DNA of 64,000 bases. Origin: Deinococcus sp. (GTDB lineage Bacteria > Deinococcota > Deinococci > Deinococcales > Deinococcaceae). How positions within the stretch are numbered: the stretch's first letter is position 1; the number at the start of each line of letters is the position of its first letter. Positions 11,027 to 27,796 of the stretch are shown here, piece by piece. The position numbers and the translations under genes are program-made. The stretch is taken from assembly GCF_018260555.1 (NCBI RefSeq), contig NZ_JAGLBB010000004.1, forward strand, positions 14,142 through 78,141. Direction: 5' to 3'. The notes beneath the pieces were generated by a model that saw only the letters and a list, made by a program, of their open reading frames with translations, was not told where the DNA came from and ran no database searches.

Positions 11027-11824
11027 ATGCTGGAATCAATCAAGAAACTCCGTGAACTGACGGGCGCAGGCATGATGGACGTCAAGAAAGCCCTTTCCGA
11101 CGCCGGGAACGACGAGGAAAAAGCGGTGGCCCTGCTGCGCGAGCGCGGCATCGTGAAGGCCGCCAAGAAAGCCGACCGTGAAGCCAAGGAAGGCCTCGTG
11201 CGCTTCGTGGTGGACGGCAACAAGGCCGCCATGGTCGAGGTGAACAGCGAGACGGACTTCGTGGCCCGTAACGACGGCTTCCAGGCCCTGGTGGCCGAAC
11301 TGGCCCAGGCCGCCCTGAGCGCCGGGACGAGCGACGTCGAAGTGTTCCGCGCCTTCACGCTGCCCAGCGGCGACACCGTGGCGACCGCCGTGGCCGCCGC
11401 CGCCGGCAAGATCGGCGAGAACCTGGTCCTGAACCGCGTGGCCTTCATCGAAGGTCAGCAGATCGCCGGGTACGTGCACAGCAACGGCAAGATCGGCGTG
11501 CTGGTTGACCTGGAAGGTGGCAACGAGACGCAGGCCAAGGACGTGGCCCTGCACGTCGCCGCCGAGAACCCCCAGTTCCTGAGCCGTGACGAGGTGAACA
11601 GCTCCGACATCGAGAAGGAGCGCGAGATCCTCACGAACAAGGCGCTGAACGAGGGCAAGCCCCAGCAGATCGTCGAGAAGATCGTCGAGGGCCAGATCGG
11701 CAAGTTCTACTCCGACAAGGTGCTGCCCGAGCAGAACTTCGTGAAGGACAACAGCGTCACCGTCGGGAAGTACCTGGGCGGGGCGACCATCAAGCGTTTC
11801 GTGCGCTTCGAAATCGGCGCGTAA
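11027..11824 (+). CDS. tsf: Translation elongation factor Ts
   Basis: 265 aa with the IKKLRELTGAGMMDVKKAL UBA-like N-terminus. Confidence 0.97.
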   Translation: MLESIKKLRELTGAGMMDVKKALSDAGNDEEKAVALLRERGIVKAAKKADREAKEGLVRFVVDGNKAAMVEVNSETDFVARNDGFQALVAELAQAALSAGTSDVEVFRAFTLPSGDTVATAVAAAAGKIGENLVLNRVAFIEGQQIAGYVHSNGKIGVLVDLEGGNETQAKDVALHVAAENPQFLSRDEVNSSDIEKEREILTNKALNEGKPQQIVEKIVEGQIGKFYSDKVLPEQNFVKDNSVTVGKYLGGATIKRFVRFEIGA

Positions 11825-11917
11825 ATCCCCCTGAGCTTCCGGCCGCAGCTCCACGCGGGCGGGGCCGGAACGTCAGGCCGGATTTCATCGTTGCGCGCGA
11901 CACAGTACTCCCGGTAG

Positions 11918-12721
<804 letters not shown>

Positions 12722-12724
<3 letters not shown>

Positions 12725-12819
12725 CCTGTCTTCACTGACCTGTCTTCACTGACCTGTCCTCCCTGCCCTGTCCTCCCTGCCCCAGCGCCCCCGGCTCCCC
12801 TGCCCCGGCTCCCCTGCCT
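12722..12819. repeat. Tandem array, about 7 x 14 bp, decaying (TGACCTGTCTTCAC x2, then diverging units)
   Basis: Units start at 12722, 12736, 12750, 12764, 12778, 12792 and 12806. The TGA of the first unit is the pyrH stop codon. Confidence 0.7.
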
Positions 12820-12966
12820 GCCGCGCCCGGGGGCGGGAGCCAGCTGACCGGACGCCTGCAAGGGGCGGACCCGGCTGCGCTACACTTCCGGCATTCCCTG
12901 GGGTCTGACCCCGCCCCCACTCCCCACACCGTTCCGTTTCACTTGACCCCTCAGGAGGCCCTGACC

Positions 12967-13518
12967 ATGGCTGACATGAAAGCAATCCAGGCTGATACGC
13001 GCGAGAAGATGACCAAGGCCATCGAGTCCCTCGAGAACAACCTGTCCGTGCTGCGCACGGGCCGCGCCAACCCCGGCATCCTGAAGAAGATCGTCGTGGA
13101 CTACTACGGCAGCTCCGTGCCGATCGATCAGGTGGCCAGCATCAGCACGCCGGACGCCCGCACGCTGGTCATCACGCCCTGGGACCGGGGCGCGCTGAAC
13201 CCCATCGAGAAGGCCATCCGCGACAGTGACCTGGGCCTGAACCCCAACAACAAGGGCGACACGATCTTCATCAGCCTGCCCATGCTGACCGAGGAGCGCC
13301 GCCGTGACCTTGTGAAGAACGCCAAGAACTACGCCGAGGACGCCCGCATCGCCGTTCGCAACATCCGCAAGCACAGCCTGGATGAAGTGAAGAAGGTCGA
13401 GGGCATCGGTGACGACGAGATCAAACGCGGCGAGGCCGAGGTGCAGAAGATCACCGACGAATTCGTGGCGAGGGTGGATCAGACCTTCCAGAAGAAGGAG
13501 CAGGAAATCCTCGGGTGA
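12967..13518 (+). CDS. frr: Ribosome recycling factor
   Basis: Start trimmed to ATG at 12967, downstream of the Shine-Dalgarno sequence (SD) AGGAGG. The [14 protein letters not shown] motif is present. Confidence 0.95.
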   Translation: MADMKAIQADTREKMTKAIESLENNLSVLRTGRANPGILKKIVVDYYGSSVPIDQVASISTPDARTLVITPWDRGALNPIEKAIRDSDLGLNPNNKGDTIFISLPMLTEERRRDLVKNAKNYAEDARIAVRNIRKHSLDEVKKVEGIGDDEIKRGEAEVQKITDEFVARVDQTFQKKEQEILG

Positions 13519-13612
13519 GGACGCCTGAAGCAGGATGTGGGCTGTGGGCCTTGGGGTGTGGTGCCGTCCCCTCCGCCCGCAGCCCACATCCCGTCAGGGT
13601 TCCGGAGGCCGC

Positions 13613-14443
<831 letters not shown>

Positions 14444-14596
14444 CGCTGGGGGCGGCCGGTATTGGTGGGGCCGCCCTCACCTCTGGTTCACCTCGCCTCC
14501 GTCTGGTTGCGGTGCCGCCTGGTTGCGGTCCCGCCTGCCCCGCGAGTGTCTGTGAATCCGCACGGCACGCGGGGCGCTGCACTAGCATGCGGGGTG

Positions 14597-15835
14597 ATGA
14601 AGCAGGAGCAGCAGGCACAGAGCACGTCCGGTCGGGTGCAGTCCATCACGGTCCTGGGCAGCACGGGCAGTATCGGCACGCAGGCGCTGGACGTGGCGCG
14701 TGGGCGCGGCTGGAGGGTCGCGGCGCTGGCAGCCGGGAGCAACCTGGAACGGCTCGAAGCGCAGGTGCGCGAATTCCGCCCCGGACTGGTGAGCGTGCAG
14801 GAGAACGTGCTGGGTGAGGCGCGCGCGCGCCTGTCGGGGCTGGGGGCGCAGGTGATCGCGGACCCGTCCGAGGTGGCCGCGCAGCGTACCGACGTGGTCG
14901 TGAACGCCATGAGCGGCCTGATCGGACTGGCCCCGACCCGCGCGGCGCTGGAGGCCGGGCAGGCCGTGGCCCTGGCCACCAAAGAGGCGATGGTCACGGC
15001 CGCGCACCTGATGTGGCAGGCGGCGGCCGTGGGCGGCGGGCGGGTCGTGCCGGTGGACAGCGAGCACACGGGCATGTTCCAGTGCCTGACCGGCGAGGAC
15101 ATGGCGGACGTGGCCGAATTGATTCTCACGGCGTCCGGCGGGCCGTTCCGGCTGGGTCCGGACGACCTGAGCGCCGTGACGCCCGCGCAGGCGCTGCGCC
15201 ACCCGTCCTGGAGCATGGGGCCGAAGGTGACGGTGGACAGCGCCACGCTGCTGAACAAGGGCCTGGAGGTCATGGAGTGCGCCAGCCTGTACGGCCTGCC
15301 GCTGTCGCAGGTGGGCGTGGTGGTGCACCCGCAGAGCATCGTGCACGCGGCCGTGCGCTACCGGGACGGCAGCCTGAAAGCGCAGTTCGGGCCGGCGGAC
15401 ATGCGGCTGCCCATCGCGTACGCCATCGACGCCGCGCCGACCGGCATGCAGCGGCCGGGGGACGTGCGGGGCGCGCGGCGTGGCCCGGAGGTCCCCCCGC
15501 ACGGGTCGTGGCCGCTGCTGGGCGACTGGGAGTTCCGCGCGCCGGACCTGCGGCGCTTCCCGTGCCTGGAACTGGCTTACCGCGCCGGGAACGCCGGCGG
15601 ACTCGCGCCGGTGGTGCTCAATGCCGCCGACGAGGTCGCCGTGGACGCCTTCCTGGCCGGTCAGATCGGGTTCATGGACATTGCGCGCCTGATCGAGCGG
15701 TTGCTGGACGAAACACCGGCCGGTGAGTTGAGCTGGGACTCCCTGGACGTGGCGGACACCTGGGCGCGGGCGCGGGCGCGCGAACTGTGCGCCCAAGGCT
15801 TGGGCAACAGCACGGGCAGCGGGGTGCAGGCGTGA
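14597..15835 (+). CDS. dxr: 1-deoxy-D-xylulose-5-phosphate reductoisomerase
   Basis: Start trimmed to ATG at 14597. [22 protein letters not shown]-binding motif and full-length Dxr architecture. Confidence 0.95.
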   Translation: MKQEQQAQSTSGRVQSITVLGSTGSIGTQALDVARGRGWRVAALAAGSNLERLEAQVREFRPGLVSVQENVLGEARARLSGLGAQVIADPSEVAAQRTDVVVNAMSGLIGLAPTRAALEAGQAVALATKEAMVTAAHLMWQAAAVGGGRVVPVDSEHTGMFQCLTGEDMADVAELILTASGGPFRLGPDDLSAVTPAQALRHPSWSMGPKVTVDSATLLNKGLEVMECASLYGLPLSQVGVVVHPQSIVHAAVRYRDGSLKAQFGPADMRLPIAYAIDAAPTGMQRPGDVRGARRGPEVPPHGSWPLLGDWEFRAPDLRRFPCLELAYRAGNAGGLAPVVLNAADEVAVDAFLAGQIGFMDIARLIERLLDETPAGELSWDSLDVADTWARARARELCAQGLGNSTGSGVQA

Positions 15836-16950
15836 ACGTGGTGCAGGGCATCACGGCCGCGCTCACGCCGCTGGGTCTGCTGTGGACGGTGCTGATCATC
15901 GGCGTGGCGACCTTCCTGCATGAACTGGCGCACTACGCGCTGGCCCGCTGGCAGGGCGTGGCCGTGCACTCGTTCAGCGTGGGCATGGGGCCGGTGCTCC
16001 TGCGGCGCCAGTGGCGGGGTACCGAGTGGCGGCTGAGCTTGCTGCCCATCGGCGGGTACGTGGAAATCGACGGCATGGCCCCCGAGGAGGACGCGAGCGG
16101 GCAGGTGCGGGCCCCGGTGCGGGGCTTTGCGGCGCTGTCCGCCTGGGGCAAGGTGGCGGTGCTGCTGGCCGGGCCGGTCATGAACCTGTTCCTCGCGGTC
16201 CTCCTCATGACTGTGACCTTCACGGCGCAGGGCGTCCCCGCCCCCGACCGCGCCCGCATCGAGGAGGTCGTGGCCGGGTCCACCGCGCAGACCCTGGGCC
16301 TGCGGGCCGGGGACGTGATCACCGCCATCGACGGGCAGGACATCCCCGATACCACCCGCGTGGACGGCCGTGACGCCGCCGGCTGGGAAGGCGTACGGGA
16401 CGTGCTGACCCGGGCCGGGCCGCACACCTTCACGGTCTTGAGCGCCGGGCAGACCCGCGACGTGCGCTTCGACTGGACACCCAGCGTGAACGGCGAGCGG
16501 CAACTGCTGGGCATCCGCTACGGCCCGGACGTGCAGGCCACCACGGCGCCCGCCGCGTTCATCCGGGCGTGGCAGGTGACGGGCGAGGCGGTGCCACAGG
16601 TTCTGAAAAGCTTCGGCGGGCTGATCCAGCGGTTCCTGACCCTGAACCTGTCGCGGGACGAGAACGTCAGTGGACCCATCGGCACGGCCGAGATCGTCTC
16701 ACGGGCCGCCGCTCTGAGCCCCTGGGCGCTCGTGCAGATTGCCATCCTGCTGAACCTGTCACTGGCGTTTTTCAACCTGCTGCCCATTCCGGGCCTGGAC
16801 GGAGGGCGCATCCTGCTGGTGCTGGTCGGGGCCGTGCGCGGTCGCCCGCTGAGTCTGGGTCAGGAACAGGCCATCAACCTCGCGGGCTTCGCGTTCGTGA
16901 TGCTGCTGATGATGTTCGTGGTCGTGCGGGACGTCAGCCGCTTCTTCTAG
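15832..16950 (+). CDS. rseP: RIP zinc metalloprotease RseP (site-2 protease)
   Basis: HELAHY zinc motif, a PDZ region and the C-terminal [11 protein letters not shown] motif. GTG at 15832 overlaps the dxr stop as GTGA. Confidence 0.9.
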   Translation: MNVVQGITAALTPLGLLWTVLIIGVATFLHELAHYALARWQGVAVHSFSVGMGPVLLRRQWRGTEWRLSLLPIGGYVEIDGMAPEEDASGQVRAPVRGFAALSAWGKVAVLLAGPVMNLFLAVLLMTVTFTAQGVPAPDRARIEEVVAGSTAQTLGLRAGDVITAIDGQDIPDTTRVDGRDAAGWEGVRDVLTRAGPHTFTVLSAGQTRDVRFDWTPSVNGERQLLGIRYGPDVQATTAPAAFIRAWQVTGEAVPQVLKSFGGLIQRFLTLNLSRDENVSGPIGTAEIVSRAAALSPWALVQIAILLNLSLAFFNLLPIPGLDGGRILLVLVGAVRGRPLSLGQEQAINLAGFAFVMLLMMFVVVRDVSRFF

Positions 16951-16966
16951 GCTGTGGGTGAGAGAG

Positions 16967-16999
16967 GTGGGCCGTGGGAGATTGCTCCTGCGGCCCACC
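16967..16999. terminator. Hairpin between convergent rseP and alr
   Basis: GGTGGGCCG ... CGGCCCACC, a 9-bp stem with a 15-nt loop. Confidence 0.45.
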
Positions 17000-17005
17000 T
17001 TCCTG

Positions 17006-18091
17006 TCACGGGGTCTCCCCCATCTGGCGTTCCACGCGCTCGCCCACGCCGGTCAGGACCTCATACTCCACGGTGCCTCCCCAGGCGGCCACGTCAGTGA
17101 CAGTCAGGCCACGCTGCGTCCAGAGGGTGACGCGATCGCCGGGCCGCACACTCAGGCCGGTCACGTCGATCATGAGTTGATCCATGCAGATGCGGCCCAG
17201 GACCGGGCGGCGCTGTCCGGCGACGATCACCTCGGCCTGGCCGGTCGCGCTCCGGGGGTAACCGTCGGCGTACCCGATGCCGACCGTGGCGACCGGAGTG
17301 TCGCGCGGGGCCTGCCACAGGCCGCCGTAACTGACGGTCTCCCCGGCCGGAACGGTGTGCAGGTGCGTGACGCTGGCCTGCACGGTCATCACCGGGGTCA
17401 GCGGGATCTGGGCGCGTAGGTGCGGGGGCGCGAAGCCGTATGCGGCCAGTCCGGGCCGGGCAAGGGCCATGCCCGGCAGGCGGCCCAGGCTCAGGACGGC
17501 GCCGCCGTTCGCGGCGTGCGCCAGAACCGGCTGTGGCGTGGGGGGCAGGGCGCCCAACACCGCCCGGAAGCGGCGCAGCTGCTCGTGCGCAGTGGTCAGG
17601 TCGGGTTCGTCGGCGCTGGCGAAATGCGTGTACACGCCTTCCAGCAGGCCGCGCCGGGCCAGTTCGAGGCCCACGGCGACCGCCTCCTCGGGACGGGCAC
17701 CCAGGCGGTTCATGCCAGTCTCGACTTTCAGGTGCGCGCGGGCGTGGGCGGGCAACGCGGCGGCCTCCGCGAGCGACGCGACGGGCAGGCGCACGCCCAG
17801 GTCGGCCAGGACCGGCACCTCGGCAGGCGTGGGCGGCGTGAGCAGCAGCACGGGTTTGCCGGTGTTCAGGGCGGCGGCAGCCTGCGCCTCGCGGGGCGTG
17901 GCGACCGCGAACCCCCAGACGTCCGGGTGTGCGGCGGCCAGGGGCACAATCAGGTTCAGGCCGTGCCCGTAGGCGTTCGCCTTGACCGGCAGGATCAGTG
18001 GCGTGCCGCTGCGGGCGGCGAGGGCGCTCAGGTTGGCGCGCAGGGCGTCGGGATCGATCAGCGCGCGGGCGCGGGCGGCGAGAACGGACAT
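17006..18091 (-). CDS. alr: Alanine racemase
   Basis: 361 aa with the PLP-lysine region LPVKANAYGHG. Confidence 0.95.
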   Translation of the reverse strand: MSVLAARARALIDPDALRANLSALAARSGTPLILPVKANAYGHGLNLIVPLAAAHPDVWGFAVATPREAQAAAALNTGKPVLLLTPPTPAEVPVLADLGVRLPVASLAEAAALPAHARAHLKVETGMNRLGARPEEAVAVGLELARRGLLEGVYTHFASADEPDLTTAHEQLRRFRAVLGALPPTPQPVLAHAANGGAVLSLGRLPGMALARPGLAAYGFAPPHLRAQIPLTPVMTVQASVTHLHTVPAGETVSYGGLWQAPRDTPVATVGIGYADGYPRSATGQAEVIVAGQRRPVLGRICMDQLMIDVTGLSVRPGDRVTLWTQRGLTVTDVAAWGGTVEYEVLTGVGERVERQMGETP

Positions 18092-18191
18092 CTACCGAGC
18101 ATGCTACCCCTGGCGGGCCCTGTGATACGGACTTCCGTATGAACGGGCGCGGCCGCCACAGGGGCAGGGGCGTGTATGATTTTTCGCAGTC

Positions 18192-20150
18192 ATGCCCATG
18201 TTCACTGCTGCCCGATCTGTCCGTTTTCGCCCTGCCCTGCTGGCCCTCGGTCTGCTGACCCTGGCAGCCGCGCCCGCCGCCGCGCAGGTGGGCGGCGTGT
18301 TGCCCCTGGTGTCGGTCGGTGAGAAGTGGCCGCAGGCGCAGGAGTCGTACGTGATTCGCGTTCCGGCCGCCAGCGCCGGTAAACCCCTGGGGCTGGAGGT
18401 GTACTCGCCGACGGTCAACCTCGCGGATTACGTGGACGGCCGCCGGACCGACGGGTACTTCGGAGACGAGCTGTACAAGAAGAACGAGCCGTTCGAGACG
18501 ACGTTCACGCTGACCGGCCCGAACGGCACGGTCGTCGAGCGCCGCTACGGCCCGAACCGAGAGCACACCTGGGACAGCCTGTTCGCGGGTGGCCTGAGCG
18601 CCGGTACCTACACCCTGAAGGTGAGCAGCCGGGGCGACGGTAAGAACTCGTTCGCGCTGCGGGTCGCCGCGCCCTTCGCGCTGGAAACCAGCGATTTCAG
18701 TGTGAACGCCCGCAGCACCGACGCGGCCGACCTGCTGGCCGCGACCCTGAATGTCACCAGCGAATGGAACGGCCGCGTGCTGGGCCTGCTGAACTACGAC
18801 GTGGACGGCGCCAAGGAGGCTGAGCTGTGGGCCGTGCAGCCCAACGGCACGCGCGTGAACCTGACTCCCAGCGAGAACGGCCGCACCGCCACGGACACCT
18901 TCAAGATCACGCCGGACCTGCTGGGCGAATGGAAACTGTTCATCCGGGTACTCCCGACGACCAAGCAGTACAGCAACGCCATCCGCTATGCCTTCCGCCT
19001 GGATGACAAGCCCATCACGGCCCGCGTGGGCGGCTTCACGCCCCCCGCGAACGCGCAGATCGCCAACCGCCTGATCGTAGACGTGGTGGACCCGCAGGGC
19101 CGCCCGATTCCGGGGGCGTCGTACTCGCTGGTCGGGGACGCCGTGGTGCGCCCGGAACTGCCGGCCGGGTACGTGCCGGTCAGCGGCGCGCTGCTCGAAG
19201 GCACCGGGAACGTCGTGTCGCCCAGCGAGGTCCGGTACCAGCCGGGCAGTAACCGCATCCGCTTCGTGGCCCGCCCGCCCCAGGGCCAACTGGCGGTGGA
19301 CGCCGTCGCCCTGTACGGAGACCAGCGCATCCCCCTGACGGGCGTGCCGTTCGCCATCGACGGACGCACCCTGACCACACCCGCCACGGTGCCACTGGCC
19401 CCCGGCGATTACCCGGTTGCGCCGACCACCATTCCCGGCAGCACCTTCACGCGCCCCCTGCCGGGCCGGGTCGCTGACGGCGGCACGAACCGCGTGACCA
19501 TCGAGTACCGCGTGCTGACCGAAGTCACGCTGGTCACGTCGCCCGACATCCTGAACGCCTGCGACGTGACGCAACTGACCGCCACGGCCCGCACGGACTT
19601 CCCGTACCGCCTCCCGGCCCGCCTCAAACTCAACCTGCCCACCGGGTGGACGAGCGACTACCCGCTCGAAGTGCCGGGCGAGTTCAGTCAGGGGCAACCC
19701 CTGAACCTGAAAGCGCCGGTGCGCGTGTGCCGCAGCGACACCGCCGAGGCCGTGCTGGACCCCATCGACCTGCGCACTACCGGTCAGGCGCGCGTGCGTA
19801 ACCCCGGCGGCGCGAACGTGACCCGCAACGTGCAGGGCGGCGCACGCGCCAGCCTGCACAAAAGCGTGGAGGCCGGCGCCCAGGGCTACCTCGTGACCCT
19901 GGTCCTGAACGTGGACAGCACCCTGGAGAACGTGCGCCTGCTTGACCCGCTGCCCACGGGCGGCGCGCAGCCCGCCGTGCGGGGCGCCCTTCAGGTACAG
20001 GGCCCCAGCCTGGCCAACGTCACGCCCCGCGTGGACGGTGACGGAATCGTGCTCCCCCGCGTGATTCCCGGCACGTACACCCTGACGTACACGCTGTTCA
20101 CCGATCAGCCCGCCGACCGGATCGTGACCACGCCCGGCCTGAGCTGGTAA
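18192..20150 (+). CDS. Large secreted/cell-surface hypothetical protein (multi-domain beta-sandwich, DUF11-like C-terminal region)
   Basis: Signal peptide [18 protein letters not shown], 652 aa, high GC3. PPC-like [21 protein letters not shown] segment. The C-terminal [19 protein letters not shown] resembles DUF11 repeats. Confidence 0.65.
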   Translation: MPMFTAARSVRFRPALLALGLLTLAAAPAAAQVGGVLPLVSVGEKWPQAQESYVIRVPAASAGKPLGLEVYSPTVNLADYVDGRRTDGYFGDELYKKNEPFETTFTLTGPNGTVVERRYGPNREHTWDSLFAGGLSAGTYTLKVSSRGDGKNSFALRVAAPFALETSDFSVNARSTDAADLLAATLNVTSEWNGRVLGLLNYDVDGAKEAELWAVQPNGTRVNLTPSENGRTATDTFKITPDLLGEWKLFIRVLPTTKQYSNAIRYAFRLDDKPITARVGGFTPPANAQIANRLIVDVVDPQGRPIPGASYSLVGDAVVRPELPAGYVPVSGALLEGTGNVVSPSEVRYQPGSNRIRFVARPPQGQLAVDAVALYGDQRIPLTGVPFAIDGRTLTTPATVPLAPGDYPVAPTTIPGSTFTRPLPGRVADGGTNRVTIEYRVLTEVTLVTSPDILNACDVTQLTATARTDFPYRLPARLKLNLPTGWTSDYPLEVPGEFSQGQPLNLKAPVRVCRSDTAEAVLDPIDLRTTGQARVRNPGGANVTRNVQGGARASLHKSVEAGAQGYLVTLVLNVDSTLENVRLLDPLPTGGAQPAVRGALQVQGPSLANVTPRVDGDGIVLPRVIPGTYTLTYTLFTDQPADRIVTTPGLSW

Positions 20151-20437
20151 CCCTTGATCTGGTAACACTGAGCCGATATCGCGGACCCGGATTGAACGAG
20201 TAAGAAAGCCGTTCAATCCGGGCGGGGGGAGTGGGAGCAGAAACGGGTCCGGACATGGACCTGACAACCCGGCGTTCCTGCTCGCTGTGAACGAGATAGA
20301 CGGGTACGACATCGCTGCGGCCGACCCGTCCCAGACGGCCCCACGCGCCGCTCTGCGCCAGTGGCCGCCCTCCCGGTGGGGGCCGCTGCAACTTTATGTG
20401 GCAGACACCCCCCTGATCGTCCGCTACTCTGGGGCTC

Positions 20438-20911
20438 ATGAAGACGCTCTGGATGGCCGCGCTGGCCTGCGTTCTGGCTGCCTCCGGGGCCGTGGGCGGC
20501 CTGCCGGAACCCCAGCCGGGCGCCCTGATGAGCGCCCCGACCACCCTGATCGTGCAGGGGAGGGTGTTGACAGCGCAGGCCAGCGCCTCGCTGTACGGCG
20601 GCGGGCTGGGCGTACGCGTGCGGGTGTCCGTGCCGCCCCGTCCAGGCACTCTGCCCCCGGCAGGCACTCCGGCCGGGCCGCTCGGGAGCCTCAGGCTAGA
20701 CGGCTTGTTCGTCGTGACGGGCCAGGGCACCTGGAAAGCCCCGCTGCGCCCGTCCCCGCCGGCTGGGGGCACCGCCGCCCTGAACGCCGCCGCCTGGAGT
20801 GGGAGCGGCAGCCTGCGGCCCGGCGATCACGTGCAGGTCGTGGTGCGGTTGAAAGACCGCCTGGGGCATACCTACTGGCTGCGCGACACCGGCCGGGTCA
20901 GCGCCGGCTGA
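20438..20911 (+). CDS. Secreted hypothetical protein
   Basis: 157 aa with signal peptide MKTLWMAALACVLAASGAVGG and high GC3. TACTCT -10-like hexamer 7 nt upstream of the ATG. Confidence 0.5.
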   Translation: MKTLWMAALACVLAASGAVGGLPEPQPGALMSAPTTLIVQGRVLTAQASASLYGGGLGVRVRVSVPPRPGTLPPAGTPAGPLGSLRLDGLFVVTGQGTWKAPLRPSPPAGGTAALNAAAWSGSGSLRPGDHVQVVVRLKDRLGHTYWLRDTGRVSAG

Positions 20912-20923
20912 GCCGAGACCGTG

Positions 20924-20978
20924 TCATACGGAGTCCGGGTTGAATGGTCGTTGCAGCCCATTCAACCCGGACTCCGTA

Positions 20979-20981
<3 letters not shown>
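20924..20981. repeat. Minimal palindromic MITE-like element (terminal module only)
   Basis: TCATACGGAGTCCGGGTTGAATGG-tcgttgcag-CCCATTCAACCCGGACTCCGTATCA. The terminal TCA is the stop codon of the ABC ATPase gene. It lies between convergent genes. Confidence 0.8.
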
Positions 20982-21695
<714 letters not shown>

Positions 21696-21696
21696 G

Positions 21697-22872
21697 TCAG
21701 ATTCTCCCGAGGGCGCCCACGATACTCATGCGCCCGGCGTTCCGGGCGGGGAGCAGGCCCGAGAGCAGCCCCAGCAGCAGGCTAATCGCCAGCGCCAGCA
21801 GCACCAGCCTGGGGGTCAGGGCGGCCGCGTCGATCCCGGCGAGTTGCTGGGTGTACAGGTTCACGCCGGCAATCCCGGCGAGGCCGAGCAGCACGCCGCC
21901 CACGCCGCCCACCAGCGACAGCAGCAGTGATTCAGTCAGCACCAGGGACCGTACGAATGAAGGCCGCGCCCCGATGGCGCGCAGCGTGCCGAATTCGCGG
22001 GTACGTTCAAAGACGCCCATCATGACGGTGTTTGCCACGGCCAGCCCGCCCACGATCAGGGCGATCAGCGAGATGCCGAAGCGCACGGCGTCACTGATGA
22101 TCAGGGCGCGGTCGATGAAGCTCAGGAAGTCGCTCTGGGTGCCGGCCTCCAGGTCCAGTTTCTCGGAGAGCACGTCGGCCACGCGCCGGGCGTCGCGGGG
22201 ATTGCGGAGTTTCACGGCGACGAGCGACACGCGGCCCGCCGCGCCCTCGCTGCGTTGCAGGGTGCCGAGCGGAATGAAGATGAAGTTATCCACCAGTCCA
22301 CTTTCCGGGGCGAGCACGCCGATCACCTTCACCTGATTGCGGCGGTTGAGGTTCAGGGGACTGCCGACCTTCAGCCGCAGGTTCTGCGCGGCCTTCGCCC
22401 CCGCGACGGCCACGCCTGCGCCCTCGTCGCCCGGGGTCAGGGATCGGCCCTGCGCGGCGGTGGTGGTGGGAAATACGGCCGCGATGCCCTGCGCGGCGGG
22501 CAGGCCGTACAGGACGACGCTCTGCGTGACTTCCAGGCCGCCGCGCACGGCCATGATGACCGGCGTGACCGTCTGAATGCCGAGTTCCGGCGCGAGCGCC
22601 TGGATGTCATCGGCGGTTTTCTGCGGCAGGTTCGGTTGCAACGCCAGTCCCTGCGACAGTGGCGTGAGACTGACCTGCACGTCCGGGCCGATCCCGCCGA
22701 GCTGCGAGACGAACACCTTGCGGATGCCCTCGCCCAGCGACAGGAAAATCACCATGCTGGCGACCGCGACCGTGATGCCCAGCGTGGTCAGCAGCGTGCG
22801 CACGCGGCGGCGGGTCAGGCCCCTCCAGGCGAGTTTCCAGATGTCCGTCCATCGTAATCCTGGCGACTTCAT
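21697..22872 (-). CDS. ABC transporter permease, FtsX/MacB-like
   Basis: Start trimmed to ATG at 22870-22872 ([19 protein letters not shown]). N-terminal TM, a large periplasmic domain and a C-terminal FtsX-type 3-TM bundle. Confidence 0.85.
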   Translation of the reverse strand: MKSPGLRWTDIWKLAWRGLTRRRVRTLLTTLGITVAVASMVIFLSLGEGIRKVFVSQLGGIGPDVQVSLTPLSQGLALQPNLPQKTADDIQALAPELGIQTVTPVIMAVRGGLEVTQSVVLYGLPAAQGIAAVFPTTTAAQGRSLTPGDEGAGVAVAGAKAAQNLRLKVGSPLNLNRRNQVKVIGVLAPESGLVDNFIFIPLGTLQRSEGAAGRVSLVAVKLRNPRDARRVADVLSEKLDLEAGTQSDFLSFIDRALIISDAVRFGISLIALIVGGLAVANTVMMGVFERTREFGTLRAIGARPSFVRSLVLTESLLLSLVGGVGGVLLGLAGIAGVNLYTQQLAGIDAAALTPRLVLLALAISLLLGLLSGLLPARNAGRMSIVGALGRI

Positions 22873-23032
22873 GAGCCGCAGGCTACGCCGCCTGGGCCGC
22901 CCGCGTGGGGACGCATGACTACAGTGACTCCCGGGCCGGGCGGTGCGGGCGGGGGTGCGGAGCCCCGGGCGGGCGGCGCGTCCAGAGCCTTCTCTGCGGG
23001 AAGCCTCACGCCGCGCCGGTACGCTCTGGGGT

Positions 23033-24337
<1,305 letters not shown>

Positions 24338-24553
24338 CACCGACCCCACCTGTTCCGCCTACCTCGCTCCAGGCGCCGGGGTTCGGCTGGAACGTTGGTA
24401 GCGCACCCCAGCACCCGAGGGTCTATCGGAGTAGGTGAGGGACGCGTGGCGGCCAGTTCCACCGCTCCTGGCCTGTGGCCGGAGGGCGTTAACGTCCGTT
24501 TGATCGTCCTTTGGTGGGATGCGCTCCTCATGCCGTCCCCTTATGCTCTGTCC

Positions 24554-24835
24554 ATGAGTTTCGTGCGTAAGCCCCGGCCTTACTCGTCGGGCCTGCCTGG
24601 AACGCCCCCCCTGCCGTCCGTGCTGCCCGCCCCGGCGCGGCAGGTCCGTCCAGAGCGCCCCCGACTGCCCCGGCCGACGCTGCCCCGTGCGGGCTGGCCG
24701 GGCGCGGTGACGGCGCTGGCGGCGCTGGGCGCGGTGCTGGTGCTGCTGGTGGGCCTGTCGGGTCTGTGGAACAGCGCGGCGCGGGACTGGCAGTTCCGGT
24801 CGGCGGCGGCCGGCGTGACGGACGTGGTCCGCTGA
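24554..24835 (+). CDS. Small Pro-rich single-pass membrane protein (hypothetical)
   Basis: 93 codons with very high GC3. TM helix AVTALAALGAVLVLLVGLSGLW. TATGCT hexamer 6 nt upstream of the ATG. Ends 19 nt before the PBP gene. Confidence 0.4.
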   Translation: MSFVRKPRPYSSGLPGTPPLPSVLPAPARQVRPERPRLPRPTLPRAGWPGAVTALAALGAVLVLLVGLSGLWNSAARDWQFRSAAAGVTDVVR

Positions 24836-24854
24836 GCGTGCCGCGCCGGGACGG

Positions 24855-26977
<2,123 letters not shown>

Positions 26978-26981
<4 letters not shown>

Positions 26982-27796
26982 CCACCCTCCCCACCCGGCG
27001 ACGCCCGGACCCCAGCCCCTGTCCCCCCGGCGGCCCCGCCCGCCCGTCCTCTGGAGTGCCCATGCCTGTAACCCCCGCCCTGCTGTCCGCCCTGTCCATA
27101 CCCGCACTGTCTATGCCCGCACTGTCTATGTCGGCATTGCCGGTTCCGGCCATGAGCGCCTCGACGCTGCTGGGCCTGTCCACCCCGCCGCTGCACCTGA
27201 CGGTTGCGGTAGACATGACCGGCAGCAGCAAGAATCCGGCCTTCCGCTACGCGGATCAGGCGCGGCTGCTGGCGCAGAGCGTGATGCTCAATCAGGTGCG
27301 CAGCGGCGACACCCTGACCCTGCTGCGCGTGTGTAACGGCGTGCAGACCGTCGCAGACTTCACGTTCAGCTCGAAGAACGGCGCGCGCATGGCCAGGGCG
27401 GACATCCTGCGCTACACCACCGCGATCACCCGCCCCTGCACGGGGCGCGGCAGCGCCATCACCGCCGGACTGACCCAGGCCGCCGGGCGCGCCGCGCAGA
27501 CCGCGAAGATCGGGGACGTGATCGTGCTGTTCACGGACGGCGCGCTGCGCGACGACCCCGGACGCGCCGCGCTGGGCGCAACCACCCGCACGCTGCTGGG
27601 CGCCAAGACCACCCGGACGCTGTTCGTGGCGGGCCTGAGCCCGGAAGCCGGGGCGGGCGGCCTGTCGGTGCGCGACTCGTTCGTCAAGGCGCTGGGCGCC
27701 TCTGCCAGTGACCGGCGCGTGCTGCTGGCCGGAGCGTACGACCTGGCGAACGTGTACCCGACCTTCGCGGCGGCCGTGAAGGCGGCCCGCCAGTGA
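26978..27796 (+). CDS. von Willebrand factor A (vWA)-like domain protein
   Basis: MIDAS-like VAVDMTGSS, GSAITAGL and VIVLFTDG. Its ATG overlaps the PBP stop as ATGA. The N-terminus carries SALSI/PALSM pentapeptide repeats. Confidence 0.6.

Noticed and set aside
17094-20312. 1072-aa ORF on the minus strand spanning alr and the surface-protein gene
   Set aside because: This is a shadow ORF typical of very high GC DNA. It is Arg/Gly/Pro/Ala-rich with low-complexity translation and lies antisense to genes with clear family motifs (alr) or signal peptides. The same reasoning rejects 5555-7279(-), 39385-41352(-), 45004-47391(-), 51985-54129(+), 48185-49741(-), 54619-56052(-) and the many shorter antisense or off-frame ORFs in the track.
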